The notes under the pieces were generated by a model. It saw only the letters and a program-made list of their open reading frames with translations. It had not been told where the DNA came from and ran no database searches. From NCBI GenBank assembly GCA_950097015.1, contig CATNEN010000007.1:4402001-4466000 (forward strand): a DNA stretch of 64,000 nucleotides, read 5' to 3'. The translations under genes were made by a program, and so were the position numbers. Origin of the DNA: Macrostomum hystrix (Eukaryota; Animalia; Platyhelminthes). Below, piece after piece: positions 35,937 to 48,237 of this stretch (position 1 is its first letter; the number at the start of each line of letters is the position of its first letter).

Positions 35937-36112
35937 GAGACGGACAGACAGATGGACAGACAGACAGACATTCAGATCGACAGACAGACAGACTGACAGA
36001 CAGACAGGCAGACAGACAGACAGACAGACAGAGAGACGGACAGACAGACAGCCAGACAGACAGATGGACAGACGGATAGAAAGACAGACAGAGAGACGGA
36101 CAGACAGATAGA
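35890..36112. repeat. (GACA)n-type microsatellite
   Basis: Direct. Confidence 0.95.
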
Positions 36113-36114
36113 CA

Positions 36115-37037
36115 TGCGCACTGCCTCGAAGCACTGTTGGCTAGTCACAGCCTGTCTGTACCAGTCGGAAACATTAGAGACTTCGGCAGAGTCTTCTGGC
36201 CAATGCTGCACTTCCGCTTTCGAACAACCGAGACTAACCGCTTCGGCGAACTCCTGGACTTGCGCACCTCGAATGGCCAGAACGTCGCCCACGGACCAGT
36301 TAGTCACCTTAGTGGTAGAGGTAGCCCAGAAGGTACACGATACTTGGCACCCAGACTGATCCACGAGCGTCACTTTCGCTAGGTTGACCAGCTTTCCGGC
36401 ACCGGTTTTCACTTCCTGCGGTTTCTCGACGGCAGAGATTGTTCCACGAACGTCGACATTCCTGCGTTGTATGGAAATGGAAAACGAATGACTAAAAGCG
36501 ACTGCACGAAAGCTGCCAAGCTTGTAGTATCTATAAACTGCAGTCTAATAAGCCACAAAGATCCCAGAGTAAAGCGACTATAATACCCTGTCAACAATAT
36601 TACTCACGTGTTTGGCTTCCGGAAATCTCATTAATTTTCCTGTACATAGCTGCACGTCGAGAAACCGTCTCGTTTGTCTTCACAATAACACCAGATTTGT
36701 CAACAGATTTGTCAACGGTCATCTCGTATTGGTTACCCGTACGGTTGTACGCCGAATTTGCCTTCTTCAACCAACCTCCGGTTATGCGCACGGCCTCGTC
36801 GGCTTGGCAGACGTCCAGAAGTGGCCTCAGATCTGTGCCAAACACGCTCACTCGAATGTCCCCCGTGTCATCACTTAAGACGAAGGAGAACACTTGGCCC
36901 GGTCCGTCCTTGCTGACAAAGTCCTTGATGGTCGTCAGCATCGTCAACAGGCCGACGACAGCAACCTCCATCAGGCCCGGAAGTAGAGCAGATACGCACA
37001 TTTTGCTCTTCTTGTCTTGTCCGGCAGGCGACTGCAT
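36115..37037 (-). CDS. RPA70-like ssDNA-binding protein (two OB folds), probably 2+ exons
   Basis: Exon 37037-36608: ..GQVFSFVLSDDTGDIRVSVFG..RITGGWLKKANSAYN..YEMT (DBD-A-like). Downstream exon: VDVRG.I..V..P.EV......LAKVTLVDQSGCQVSCTFW (DBD-B-like). The obvious splice sites are out of frame by 1 nt, so the gene may be damaged. Confidence 0.8.
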
Positions 37038-37647
37038 CGTTCGTTTGCTATTAAGTATACAGAAAAGTAAAAGAAATGACAAAACAAAAAATTTGCACTT
37101 AGATAGGGCTGTTTACTTTGATATAAAAGTCGGTGGAAAACAAACGCTGTCGCTTATATCTCTATTCATTTCAAAACAACCCACCGTGCACTTGAAAGTG
37201 CGATGACTCACGCCACTTTCAATTGGGTGTGGCAACCTCCTCTGGCTTCCAGACCCCTCAAATCCACCACCCCCAATAACATAAGTGAGGAGTGGGCCCA
37301 AAAGCTGCTGACCAATCAGAAACAGCTTTGATATTAACCATGGTACAATTCCAAACCCTAATGAGCTGATAAAGCTAAGCCAGTCAAAATGGCAGAACAC
37401 CACCCACTGTATACACCAATCTCAAATAACACAGCATTAAGCTGTCCTACCTCAACTACAACGCAACGTCTAGACGATACAAAAAACTTCTAGACGCAAA
37501 CTGGCTGAGACAACTTTGGACTGCCTAACAGCTCTAAGCCAATCAGAATAGACCAGCTAATCTGCAGGGTTTTGAGCACTGGTTGAAATCCAGCCCTTAC
37601 GGCGGAGTGTATTTATATGACGTACAACATTGAATAGCCCCACAACC

Positions 37648-38243
37648 ATGAAAATCAACCACAACTACTACGCCGGCGGCGGCGGGCGTCGCGGTCGAGG
37701 AGGCCACCGCAGAGGACCCAGTGAGTAACATTGTGTCTGCCTATAATTCTATACATCTGCCTTACTTGGTCATTTATTTTCACGAAGTCCTTCCGTCAGG
37801 CATTCAGTTAGACATTGAACTTGGTACAATTCTAACACTCATTGCAACATTCTTAACACTCAATTCAAACAGTCTCGTGTTACCTCTGCGGTGGACCTCA
37901 CCGGGTCGCTCGCTGCCCCACCGTCGCCGAGCGCCGGCGGCAGCAGGAACAACAGAAGCGAAAGGAGGCAGAGGATCGAAGGCTCGAGGAGCAGATCCAA
38001 CGATTACGCCTGCAGCAGGAGCAGCAGGAGCAGCAGCAGCAGCAGGGGCAGCAGCAGCAGGGGCAGCAGCAGCAGGGGCAGCAGCAGCAGGGGCAGCAGC
38101 AGGGGCAGCAGCCGTCGCCGAGCACCGGCAGCAGGAGCAACAAAAACAGCAGCAAGAATAAGAGCAACACAAACGGCTTCAAGAACAGCTTCGAAATTTG
38201 CGCATGCAGCAGCAGAAGCAACAGGAGGAGCAGCAGCAGCAGA

Positions 38244-38274
<31 letters not shown>

Positions 38275-38286
38275 GCAGCAGGAGTA
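37648..38286 (+). CDS. RG-rich / CX2CX3HX4C knuckle / coiled-coil-polyQ protein (2 exons)
   Basis: Exon 1 37648-37720 (73 nt, phase 1), exon 2 from 37873: MKINHNYYAGGGGRRGRGGHRRGPISCYLCGGPHRVARCPTVAERRRQQE...(QQQQG)n. A degenerate internal duplication at the 3' end makes the C-terminus uncertain. Confidence 0.7.
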
Positions 38287-38755
38287 GCCGTAATAAAGTA
38301 GTAAAGAAGTAATAAATAAATAATGATCATTTTCAGTGATGAGTGATGAGTGATAAGTGATGATCATTTTAACATTATTATGATTCTTATGTGCTTACAT
38401 TTACGATTACTACAGACTCATTTTTTCGCTTGGATTAACACGGTATTATAATCAAAGTGCAGGAAGGGAAAATTGATTTATGCCAGGGGAACCATTTCGT
38501 TGCAAACTTTCAATTGAAACTAACAATTGTCAAGCAGTTTGCATATGTAAGAGGAATAAAATGGTTCTATTTAGTATAAGTGATTATTTACTTTCAGAAC
38601 ATTACATGTATAAAGGGGAAAGGTTGCGCGCAAAAACGGGAATATTAACGTGCTTATTTAGTGTGGCACGGCAAAGACGCGACAATTTGAAACATAAGCA
38701 TACAAAATACATCAGTGTCTGATATTCAGTCGTCAAAAAGATTTTTAAAATAATA

Positions 38756-40139
38756 TACTCAGCAACAGCTAAACCCCCCCAACTTACGCTGTCACACGGC
38801 CTAAAAGTTTTGTATGCCATCGGTGACTCAGAAATGTGTGAAGGCTGCCGCCGCCAGACGCGAGCGCAAAGTGCGGCATGGGGGATTTGGGAAGGGGGTG
38901 GCGCAACTCAACCCACTGGTGGCTGCATTGCGCAATGGTAAACCATGAGTAGTTAAAGAGGAGGGTGCAAATCAATATTACTTGAATTTGGCACAACAGC
39001 ACACACCACAGTGAAAACCTGCAGCGCATGCAGACCATCAAAGCCATGGTGAGACAAATGTCTGAAGGAGAGAAGTGGCGAGCCATTGGAATGGCAGAAG
39101 CCGGCAGCTCGTGCAAAGCGATTGCACATGCCTTTGGCTGAGCGCCGAAAACAATTCGCACGCTTCTAACAAAGTGGCGCATGAGTGGCAGTGTTGCTCA
39201 TGGACACCGCCGTCGAGTGCGTTGTCAAAAGACTCCCAGGGCGGACAGACAGTTGATTTGACTAGTGCGAGCAAATCGAACTCTGCCGGCAACATTGTTG
39301 CGACAGCTGTGGCATGAAAGAGGTGAACGAAGGCAATTGCTGAGCTCCGAGACTGTCAGGCGCAGAATCAAGGAGACACCGCTGCGTTCTAGGAAGATGA
39401 GAAAGCGACCGCGATTGTCTGCTGCTCACGTGACAGCAAGAGAGCGTTGGGCAATGCAACGTGCACATTGGCGCCTGCAGCAATGGCGGAGGGTGATCTT
39501 CACTGATAAGACAAGGTTTCACCTGTTCTGCAGCGACGGCCGTATGCGAGTTTGGCGTCAGCCACAGGAGGAGTTCCTGCCCGACTTAGTGCAGCCGGCC
39601 GACTCACAAGGTGCACGCCTGGGCTGGCATCGCACTGAATGGCAAAACAGAGCTTGTCATTCTGGAGCAGAATGTAACTGGGCAGACCTATGCAGAGCTG
39701 CTACAGCAGCAGTTTCGGCTATTTGCTACGACAACCTTTGGCGGCCCGCAGAACTGCATGCTTTAAGACGACAACGCTGCGCCACATCGAGCAGCACACG
39801 TGCAGCTGCTGAAGGAGACGCTTGGCATTCGCACATTGAACTGGCCGTCAAAGTCTCCAGACATGAACCCCATCGAGCATGTCTGGGACTTTGTAAAGCG
39901 AAGAGTTCAGCAGGATGCCTCACAGAATACTGAACAGTTGCGACTAGCGGTGCTGAATGCCTGGCAGCAGCTGCCTCAAGAGTTTATTAACCGGCTGGTG
40001 ATCAGGATGCCACGACGAGTCACGGCACTTTCGCATGCTCGTGGTTCCTATACACGATACTGAGACTAGAATTAAAGACATTGCTTAACTTTTGTGCCCG
40101 TGTGACAGCGGAGTTGGGGGGTTTAGCTGTTGCTGAGTA
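38756..40139 (+). mobile_element. Tc1/mariner (DD34E) DNA transposon, defective
   Basis: About 53-bp TIRs TACTCAGCAACAGCTAAACCCCCCAACT..., TA TSDs. Transposase 39046-40063 with IFTD, DDNAAPH and WPSKSPDMNPIE (34 residues between D and E); 3 stops and a frameshift. Confidence 0.95.
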
Positions 40140-40512
40140 TATCTGAACATATAAGCTTTAATAAAGCATTTTCCATTAGCTACACAGTAATCATATGATG
40201 ATTAAATTATTGAGTTTTAAGATGTTATACATACAGCAGATTATGTTATATAGAAAGAAGCATAGACTATAATTGAGAATAAAAACGTGTTGGGCATAAG
40301 GTCAACAATTTCTGGTCTAGAGTATAGCTGAAACGATCATACAGCAAGAGTTGCTTTAAATTGACAATTTCACTTGTCAAGTAGGCAGAAATAAAGCCAA
40401 GCAATTCATGTTCTTTATTGATTCGCTTATGGCCTTATGCTCATAATTACGAGTCAGCTCCTGTAACTGTAGCACAAAATTTCTTAAGTACGTGCATATA
40501 AAGACAGCTCTT

Positions 40513-41640
40513 TTATCTTTCATTATACTGACTAGATGTATTAACATAGCTTTCCTTCTGAGTAACTCGCGGCTGCTTCTGACTGCGGCTCTGATCGTTG
40601 TTGCTGTTGTTGTTCTTCTTCCTCTGAGCCGTCTTTTTCTTTGGTCGCTCGTACCGCTTTTTCGACTGAGATTTCCATACCTGCGGACCTTCAGTTGGTG
40701 TTCCCTGTTGACCTCCTGTTCCTCCGGGGCTTCCCTGGTTGCGTCCTCGACCGTCTCTGATCCTACAGTCTCTCTGGGTGTGCCCTCTCATATCACATAC
40801 TGTGCAGTATGGCGCATTTCGGCATTCCTTCGCGATGTGTCCCTTCCGATCACATCTATAACACTTTACCTCGGTGTTATTGAATTCCCTCACGCTTCTC
40901 CTCTCTGCTGAGGCTCGTTGCGCTGATAACAGGACCGTGCCTTGTGTCCTCGCTTCCCACAGATCTGACAGATTATCGGCTTCATTCCTTGTCCGGTCCG
41001 TCGATCCAATCCAGTCCTTCCAATTTCCTTGGCCTTGCTGTCTATAATGGCCCTGTGGGTTCCACGGTCCTTGTTGCTGTGTCGTTACCGCAGCTATCTG
41101 GCTCGGTTGCTGTTGAGGTGTCTCCAACTTGGCCTGAAGCTGTGCGATGAGGTGCGTCAGCTTTTTCGTTAGATCAGTCTCCTTATCTGCGGCCTGCAGT
41201 GCCTGCCATTTGATGGCCTCGCGCACTATCTCCGGCACTGTATTAAACCGGGCTCTAGCGAGGAATGATTTTAGGGACGGTACTGCGTTCTGCTGCGCGT
41301 ACATCATCACTGCGTCTTGGATTATCCTCCTGTTCGTCTCCATTCTCTGGTTTCTGGCCTCCTCTTGTTCTCCTTGGACCGCTGGCTGCTGATATACAGC
41401 ATTCTCTACCAGTCGCTGTATATCAGCGATGAATCTATTGATGCCCTCTTCTGGGCGCATCTTTCTCATGGCGAGCTGCAGGTTCGCCGCTCCCCTATTA
41501 TAGACGCGGACATCAAACAGGTTTCTCAGCGCTTGTATTAAGCGGGTGTAGTCATCCCTCACTGCCTGTTCTAAGCTGCTGTACTGGTTCCGGGCGTTGT
41601 CTCTCAGCAGCAGGGGTAGTATTCTGGCTTTTTCTGGGTT
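40513..41640 (-). mobile_element. gag: Orphan LTR-retrotransposon gag fragment with two CCHC knuckles
   Basis: EKARILPLLLRDNARNQYSSL..DDY..L..AL; CYRCDRKGHIAKEC and CTVCDMRGHTQRDC; truncated at both ends. Confidence 0.8.
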
Positions 41641-42007
41641 ATACAAATAAATAAATTTGTATTTATTTTTACTCTGGAAAATGTATGTTATGCTACAACA
41701 GGTAATTTATGCGCATTTTGTTGATGTATTCATGCACATGTATTCTACGAGACTCCAGCTCGTGGTGGGACTTTCCACTATGGCCAAAGTTATAATATAG
41801 CCAAGTGCACGTTACATTCGCACTGAAGCCATGAAAATATTGAACTTGAAGTGGAAAGTCCTGAATGATGTCTTTCGTCTTTTTATTTCACTAACGCTAA
41901 CAATGTTAACAGTACAGTAGTGATTAAAATTAACTGTCTTAATAATCTTGACAAAGTGGGAAGCCTTTAATTTCAAGTGAGTATTTAACTGGGTAGGAAA
42001 TTACTTA

Positions 42008-42480
42008 CTAGCTCACGCTAGTGGGTGGCGCATTATAAGAATTCTATGGATGGGGACTTTTTAGATGGGGGATATTTTTTAGGTATTTTTTGATTGGTAA
42101 TTTTTTGATTGGTTACTCTATGGGTGGGAGATAATCTTGATTGGGATTTCTTCGGATGGGATATTCATTTGATAGAGGATTATTTGAATGGGGGGAGACA
42201 TCAGATTAGAGGATTCGTTAACTAGAGGACCTCTAGAGGTCACGCTAGCTCACGCTAGTGGGTGGCGCATTATAAGAATTCTATGGATGGGGACTTTTTA
42301 GATGGGGGATATTTTTTAGGTATTTTTTGATTGGTAATTTTTTGATTGGTTACTCTATGGGTGGGAGATAATCTTGATTGGGATTTCTTCGGATGGGATA
42401 TTCATTTGATAGAGGATTATTTGAATGGGGGGAGACATCAGATTAGAGGATTCGTTAACTAGAGGACCTCTAGAGGTCCT
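42008..42480. repeat. 237-bp tandem duplication
   Basis: Two essentially identical units starting at 42008 and 42245. Confidence 0.95.
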
Positions 42481-42494
42481 CTAGAGGATTAGAG

Positions 42495-43202
42495 GATAGT
42501 AATAGATACCGGGACAGGTAAACCGGTCCAACTAGCTAGTCGAAGAAAACCTTACACTCAATCCCACGTCAGTAAGTAGCTTGCGCTGAGCTCGGTACGT
42601 CTGGCCAACTGCTGACGGTGTTAGAAAGGGATTGGCAAGCACGGAAGTACTCTCCATATCGCCGACAATCATCGGTGGGACGCCGTCGAATTGACATTAG
42701 GTGTGGCACGATAGAACTATCGTTGTGCCATAGTGCGGAAGTGCTTGCTGGTCGCCTCGCTTTTAGACTAGGGACTTTGGGTTAGGTTTCGTGTTATTTG
42801 TCTTGTTTTGTCATAGGGACTATCTGTTTTGTCTAGGAGTTATTTGTGTTAATTGTCGTGTTATTTTCGTGAGTTCTTGTTATTGTCCAGAGCATTATCG
42901 AGTAGAGTTCGTGTTGTTCTTGTGTTGAGGTTATTGAGATTTTGTTAACAAATTACCAGTGCGAATTGTGAATTTAATAATATTGAATTAAGTACAGTAC
43001 CTGGCAGGGGACGGAAAGAGCGCTGCCAGGGGAACTAATCACTCATAGCCTTCTCTTATTATCAGCTGTTTAGCTTGGACTTTTGAATCGTCTTGTCTTC
43101 GTTATTTTCGAGTTACGGCAATAGAATCTCTCGCAAGGTGTAGGACACCCGACCTCATTTAGGGATCTTAACGCAAAGAGAGACCTAAGTCAAACTATCA
43201 CA
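42495..43202 (+). mobile_element. Possible solo LTR / LTR-like segment
   Basis: Ends ...ACTATCACA, is preceded by a purine tract and has a GT-rich body; the 5' end is not a clean TG. Confidence 0.3.
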
Positions 43203-45588
43203 CCTGTTAAAGCTTGTTAATTATCGCTTCAAATATCTGTAGTGTAGGATTCTAAATGTTGCAAAACACACGACAGGCTAATATTGTCACTCAAAGTTCT
43301 CGTAGAACTTCAATTTCGAATAAGGTAACTCGAGATCAATCTGATGAGTTTCATTTTTATGTTGTTAAGAGCTAGTTCATTCAATAACATAGCACGTACA
43401 TAATAATTTTTTGTGAACAATGGAAATAGTGATAAGTTTCGGGCTTATGGCTCGTATAATCAAGAAAAGAATTCGCTAAATGAGCTTAATAAAACTTAAA
43501 AAAGCGAAATTAACTCCAAATCGATCATATAAATTTCTTGTCCGAAGACAAGCGACTTCGCAATTTTTCTTTCTAAACCATGGTAAAAATGGATTAGATG
43601 CTCGTACTTTTGTCCTGCTTTTGTACGATTACGTAGCTAATATTTCATTGTGAAGCCATAAAATTTATCAAAGCCTAACAAATAGCTTTTCCTACATTAT
43701 AGCTTCTGGAAAAGCTATAATTTGATTAGACAAAATAGGACAAAAATAACAATCTAAAATCAAACGAAGCTTACCATTCAAACCATTAGTAGGAACAAAG
43801 GGGAAAAATACTGCTCTTCAGATTCGTTCCAGATATGCCTTTAATTTAACAATAATTGCTAAGGAAAATATTTCTTGTCTACAGCTACGGATGGTCATGA
43901 GCTAGCAGCGCGGCACACAGCTCCAAACCTTTTTATCTTTATTAAGCGACTGGAGCTAGACGTTTTATTTAACAGCGCCCACCCCACCAAAACACAAAGC
44001 GGGGTCGTAATCGTGTGAGATAAGACGATCGATATGGGCGGAGAGGGGAGGGTTTAGACAGAGCAGCAAGAATCGGCTGGAGCCCAGGGTGTTGTTATCG
44101 GCGCCCGACGAGCCCCAGCCAATCAGATGCGAAAGGGCAGAGGGCGGACAAGATAAAGCAAGACAGGGTTTGGGATTGGAAGTATCGATCGATATAGTGA
44201 GAGGACAAGCACTTGCAGGCAGCCAGGCTCAACACAAAACATGTCCATGCCTTTGCAAAGTACATTTAATCTGTTTGGCCTTGAAACGCTTGTTTTGGCA
44301 CTTCAATTGAGTTCATTAAAAACACCTGCGCCCAAAAATATTGATATTGATAAGCAAGTAGAACCGGAATGGGCCAGCTAATAAACAATTTTTATGTACT
44401 ATCGAATCTAAATGATCCGAATCAAAATAGTTAAGTTCACGTTTCATCACCTTGTTATTGTTACTCATACATCGCATAATATATAATCTATATGCATAAC
44501 TGTACATATAGAGCTCGTAATTGCTCATAATATACTTCAAATTTCAAAGCCTCAAAATGAGCACAAACCTTTTTAATGAGAACAGCCTATTCGGTGCTAC
44601 TAAAACGGAGATAGGTCAGACCGCTCCATCAAAGGTTAGTTTATTTATTGCATCATTACTAGCCAGTGCAAAGAAAAAAACCAACATAACATTAGTAGTT
44701 AGCAAGTGAAAAACTGAATCTAACTATTTGTTAGGCAAATGTTATAAAAGGTTCTCAACTGCAAAAATCATTGAATGAGTAATAGAATGAGTAAAAGCAT
44801 CCCAAATATGGCTACAATAGTAAAAAGGTATAATAGTAGAATATTACACAGCAAACAAAGAATGCAATCTGACTATAGAAGGCACAAGAGTAGCAAAACA
44901 GATTGATACACAGCTATTGCAGCTAAAATCTAACACGTATTGCTAGCAATGCCAGACAATACAAGAGATTGCACCGGAACCAGCAGTACGTAAGGAAAAA
45001 CAGAAAAGGAAAAGTTGATATCAGGTGGCCGTGCATTTAGTGAGGCCGCAGCTTTTGATTATAAAAAAATCGGCATCTGCAGTCCAAAATGTGCATAAGA
45101 AAAGCAGAAGTGGATGATAATAAATATCAGTAAAATTGTGGCTAAAAACCGATTTAAACAAAAAGTAAAACTAAATAAGGTAAAACTAAATCACATTTGA
45201 CTTTGTAAAAATGAAGTGATTAATCACATTAATCACCTGAAGACGATGCGATCCTCGGTAAAAAGCATACAGAGTGGAATGTAAAGACTAATGAATGATA
45301 ACCAAGTTTGATGAGAACTGAAGCCTATGCCTATAAAGTGCACAATCACAATAATCATTTGATGCACTTTTCGAAAAGGTGAAAAGCATTGCTTCCATAG
45401 TTCTCATGCTTCTCAACAAAAGCGAACACTATAGTACTCATAGATATCTGGATATTATTTGAGATTCAAATTCGCCGAATTCCTGATTCGCCGTACTTGA
45501 CCAAATATAGTTCCAATATTTGACCAACACTCAAAGAGGGCAATGGTTATGTGGTTTAATTTTAATTTATGATAAAGTAAGATGTATT

Positions 45589-45777
45589 GAATCAGGATTC
45601 GGCGAATCAGGATTCGAGTCAGGAATTTCTGCGAATCGGTAATTCGGCGAGTCAGGAATTTCGGCAAATCGGGATTCGGCGAAGCGGGAATTTCGGCGAA
45701 TCGGGATTCGGCGAAGCGGGTATTTCGGCGAATCGGGATTCGGCGAATCGGGAATCGAGATTCGGCGAATCGGGAGT
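45589..45777. repeat. 10/20-bp GATTCGGCGAATCG-type repeats, with an inverted copy at 45471-45493 (MITE-like)
   Basis: Direct and inverted TTCGCCGAA motifs. Confidence 0.75.
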
Positions 45778-45784
45778 AAACCCC

Positions 45785-46372
45785 TTGGATGGGGCTAGCA
45801 GTCCCTGTCCCTCATAGGATGGGGCTAGCAGTCCCTGTCCCTCATAGGAGGGGGCTAGCAGTCCCTGTCCCTCATAGGATGGGGCTAGCAGTCCCTGTCC
45901 CTCATAGGATGGGGCTAGCAGTCCCTGTCCCTCATAGGATGGGGCTAGCAGTCCCTGTCCCTTATTGGATGGGGCTAGCAGTCCCTGTCCATTATTGGAT
46001 GGGGCTAGCTGTTCCTGTCCATTATTGGATGGGGCTAGCAGTCCCTGTCCCTCATAGGATGGGACTATAGCAGTCCCTGTCCCTTATTGGATGGGGCTAG
46101 CTGTTCCTGTCCATTATTGGATGGGGCTAGCAGTCCCTGTCCCTTATTGGATGGGGCTAGCAGTCCCTGTCCCTCATAGGATGGGGCTAGCAGTCCCTGT
46201 CCCTCATAGGATGGGGCTAGCAACCCCATGTCCCTCATTTGATGCGGATAGCAACCCCATGTCCCTCATTTGATGCGGATAGCCACCCCATGTCCCTCAT
46301 TTGATGGGGATAGCAACACCATGTCCCTCATTTGATGGGGCCAGCAACCCCATGTCCCTTATTGGATGGGGT
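45785..46372. repeat. 30-bp minisatellite (GGATGGGGCTAGCAGTCCCTGTCCCTCATA)
   Basis: About 19 copies, immediately 3' of the TACC stop. Confidence 0.95.
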
Positions 46373-46428
46373 CTGTCGGGCAACCTGTCCCAAAGCATAT
46401 GAATCTCACTAAATCTTCAGCAATCTGG

Positions 46429-48182
46429 TCAGGTGCTGCCACCCTGGCCCACCTTACGAATGAGCTCGTCGCAGATGCTAGTGAGCTCGGCATTCTCCCG
46501 AGTCCGCTGGTCCAGCTCTGCCTGCAGCTGCTGGGTGCGCAGCTCCGCCTTGCGAAGCACTGCCTGCAGCCTGGCCAGGTCGGCGTCGGCGGCGCGCCGC
46601 TGATCCGCCTGGAAGCAGCTGGCCGCCTCCAGCTTAGCCTCGGCCTGCGCTTTCAGAGCTTGGTAGCGCTGCTCGTTTCTCTGCAGTCGAACCTGCGGGC
46701 CGCAGATTGCAGGAGTAGGAAAATATTCTTGCACATTCGTTGCAATGAGGCAAGGTCAGTGGCTTTTGCAGAGAAGGCAAGAGTTTCACGGTTAGTCTTG
46801 TATTAGAGCTTCCTTAAAATGGGGCTTTCTCACTTGGCACTCCTGCGCGCAGCGTGTGAGCACAGTCTCATTAGCCCGCAGAGACTCCGCTATCTGTTTA
46901 GACTTTTCAAAGCGCCTGTGCAGCTCGGCGAATGCCGCCTCAGAGGTGCGAAGATCGTTGTGAGCCTGAGCGGCGGTAGGCGGGCGTTTTCAAACAAAGT
47001 ATTATGTTGGTTTTTCAATCTAACAGCTTGGAATCCGAAGCCGAATTTACCCGCTCCCGGTCCTGCGCGATGCTGGCCACCTGCCGATCGCCGTCTCGCT
47101 TGTGCCCGGCTAGCGCTCTCAGGCAGCGGTCGAATTCGCTGAACACCAGCTGGCAGCAGTCAAGGTCGAAGCGCAGCCGCGCGTTCTCTTCTACCAGGTG
47201 ACCAGCCTGGGCTTCGGCTTCGAGCAGTCGCTGGCTCAGCTCCGGATCGCAGTCGGCCCTATCATCGGCCTGCGCGACAGCTGTTGGTTTGCTGGCGCCA
47301 GCCTTTATCGGGTACTGATTAGAAATAGCGCCTTCAGCCTCTGACTTTATCACAACTTTCGGCACACTGGAAACTTCAGGTTCAGGCACTGCTGGCAGTT
47401 CTGGAACAGCTAGTGTCTTTTCTGATGTACTTTCTGGTTCTGGTACAATATTTGGTTCTGATGCAACTTCCGGTTCTAGTACAGCCTCTACTTGACCAAC
47501 AACTTCCGGTTCTGGTACAGCCTCCACTTCCGGTTCTGGTACAGCCTCCACGTCCGGTTCTGGTACAGCCTCCACTTCCGGTTCTGGTACAGCCTCCACT
47601 TCCGGTTCTGGTACAGCCTCCACTTCCGGTTCTGGTACAGCCTCCACTTCCGGTTCTGGTACAGCCTCCACTTCCGGTTCTGGTACAGCCTCCACTTGAC
47701 CAACATCGTCCGGTTCTGGTACAGTTTTTAACTGACGTGCGACATCGGTCTTAACTGCATGTATAACATCTGGCTCCGATAGTTCCGGTTCTGCTGCTAT
47801 TTCGATGGCCCGTCTAACTTGTGGTTGAGCTTCCGATTTTGTTTCCGGTCCGGAGTCGTTCGCCTCCGATTCGAAGTCATCTGTCGCAGCTTCCGCCTCG
47901 GGTCTTGTAACTGTCACTTTTGGAGCCTGTATTAAGAATTAAAAGAATTCCTATAAGTTCTAGGCACACTAAACAAAAGTAAAAAACAGTGACAATTTCT
48001 AAACAATTTACAGCCTGAGCTGGTCTATTGGACCCAGCGTCAATGCTGATGAATTCGGAAAGCTGGCTTTGCTGCAAACTTGGACTCTGAGGTGTCGTGG
48101 CTACCTCTGCAGCAGCAGGTGGCGGACTTCGGGCCAAACGCCGAGAGGGCACAAACGGATTGCGAAACACGTCTCCATTCAT
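46429..48182 (-). CDS. TACC: TACC-family (transforming acidic coiled-coil) protein
   Basis: Exons 48182-48012, 47926-47051, 46965-46834 and 46692-46429, all phase-0 GT-AG. C-terminal TACC domain: AHNDLRTSEAAFAELHRRFEK..NE..L..C..QRYQALK..ENAELTSICDELI. An additional upstream exon is possible. Confidence 0.9.
47490..47725 (-). repeat. 27-bp coding repeat (EPEVEAVPE) in TACC
   Basis: About 8 in-frame copies. Confidence 0.9.
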
Positions 48183-48237
48183 TCATGAGCGGGAAGCCTG
48201 AAACGAATCGCAAGATGTGCGTCTGAGGGTGAAATGA

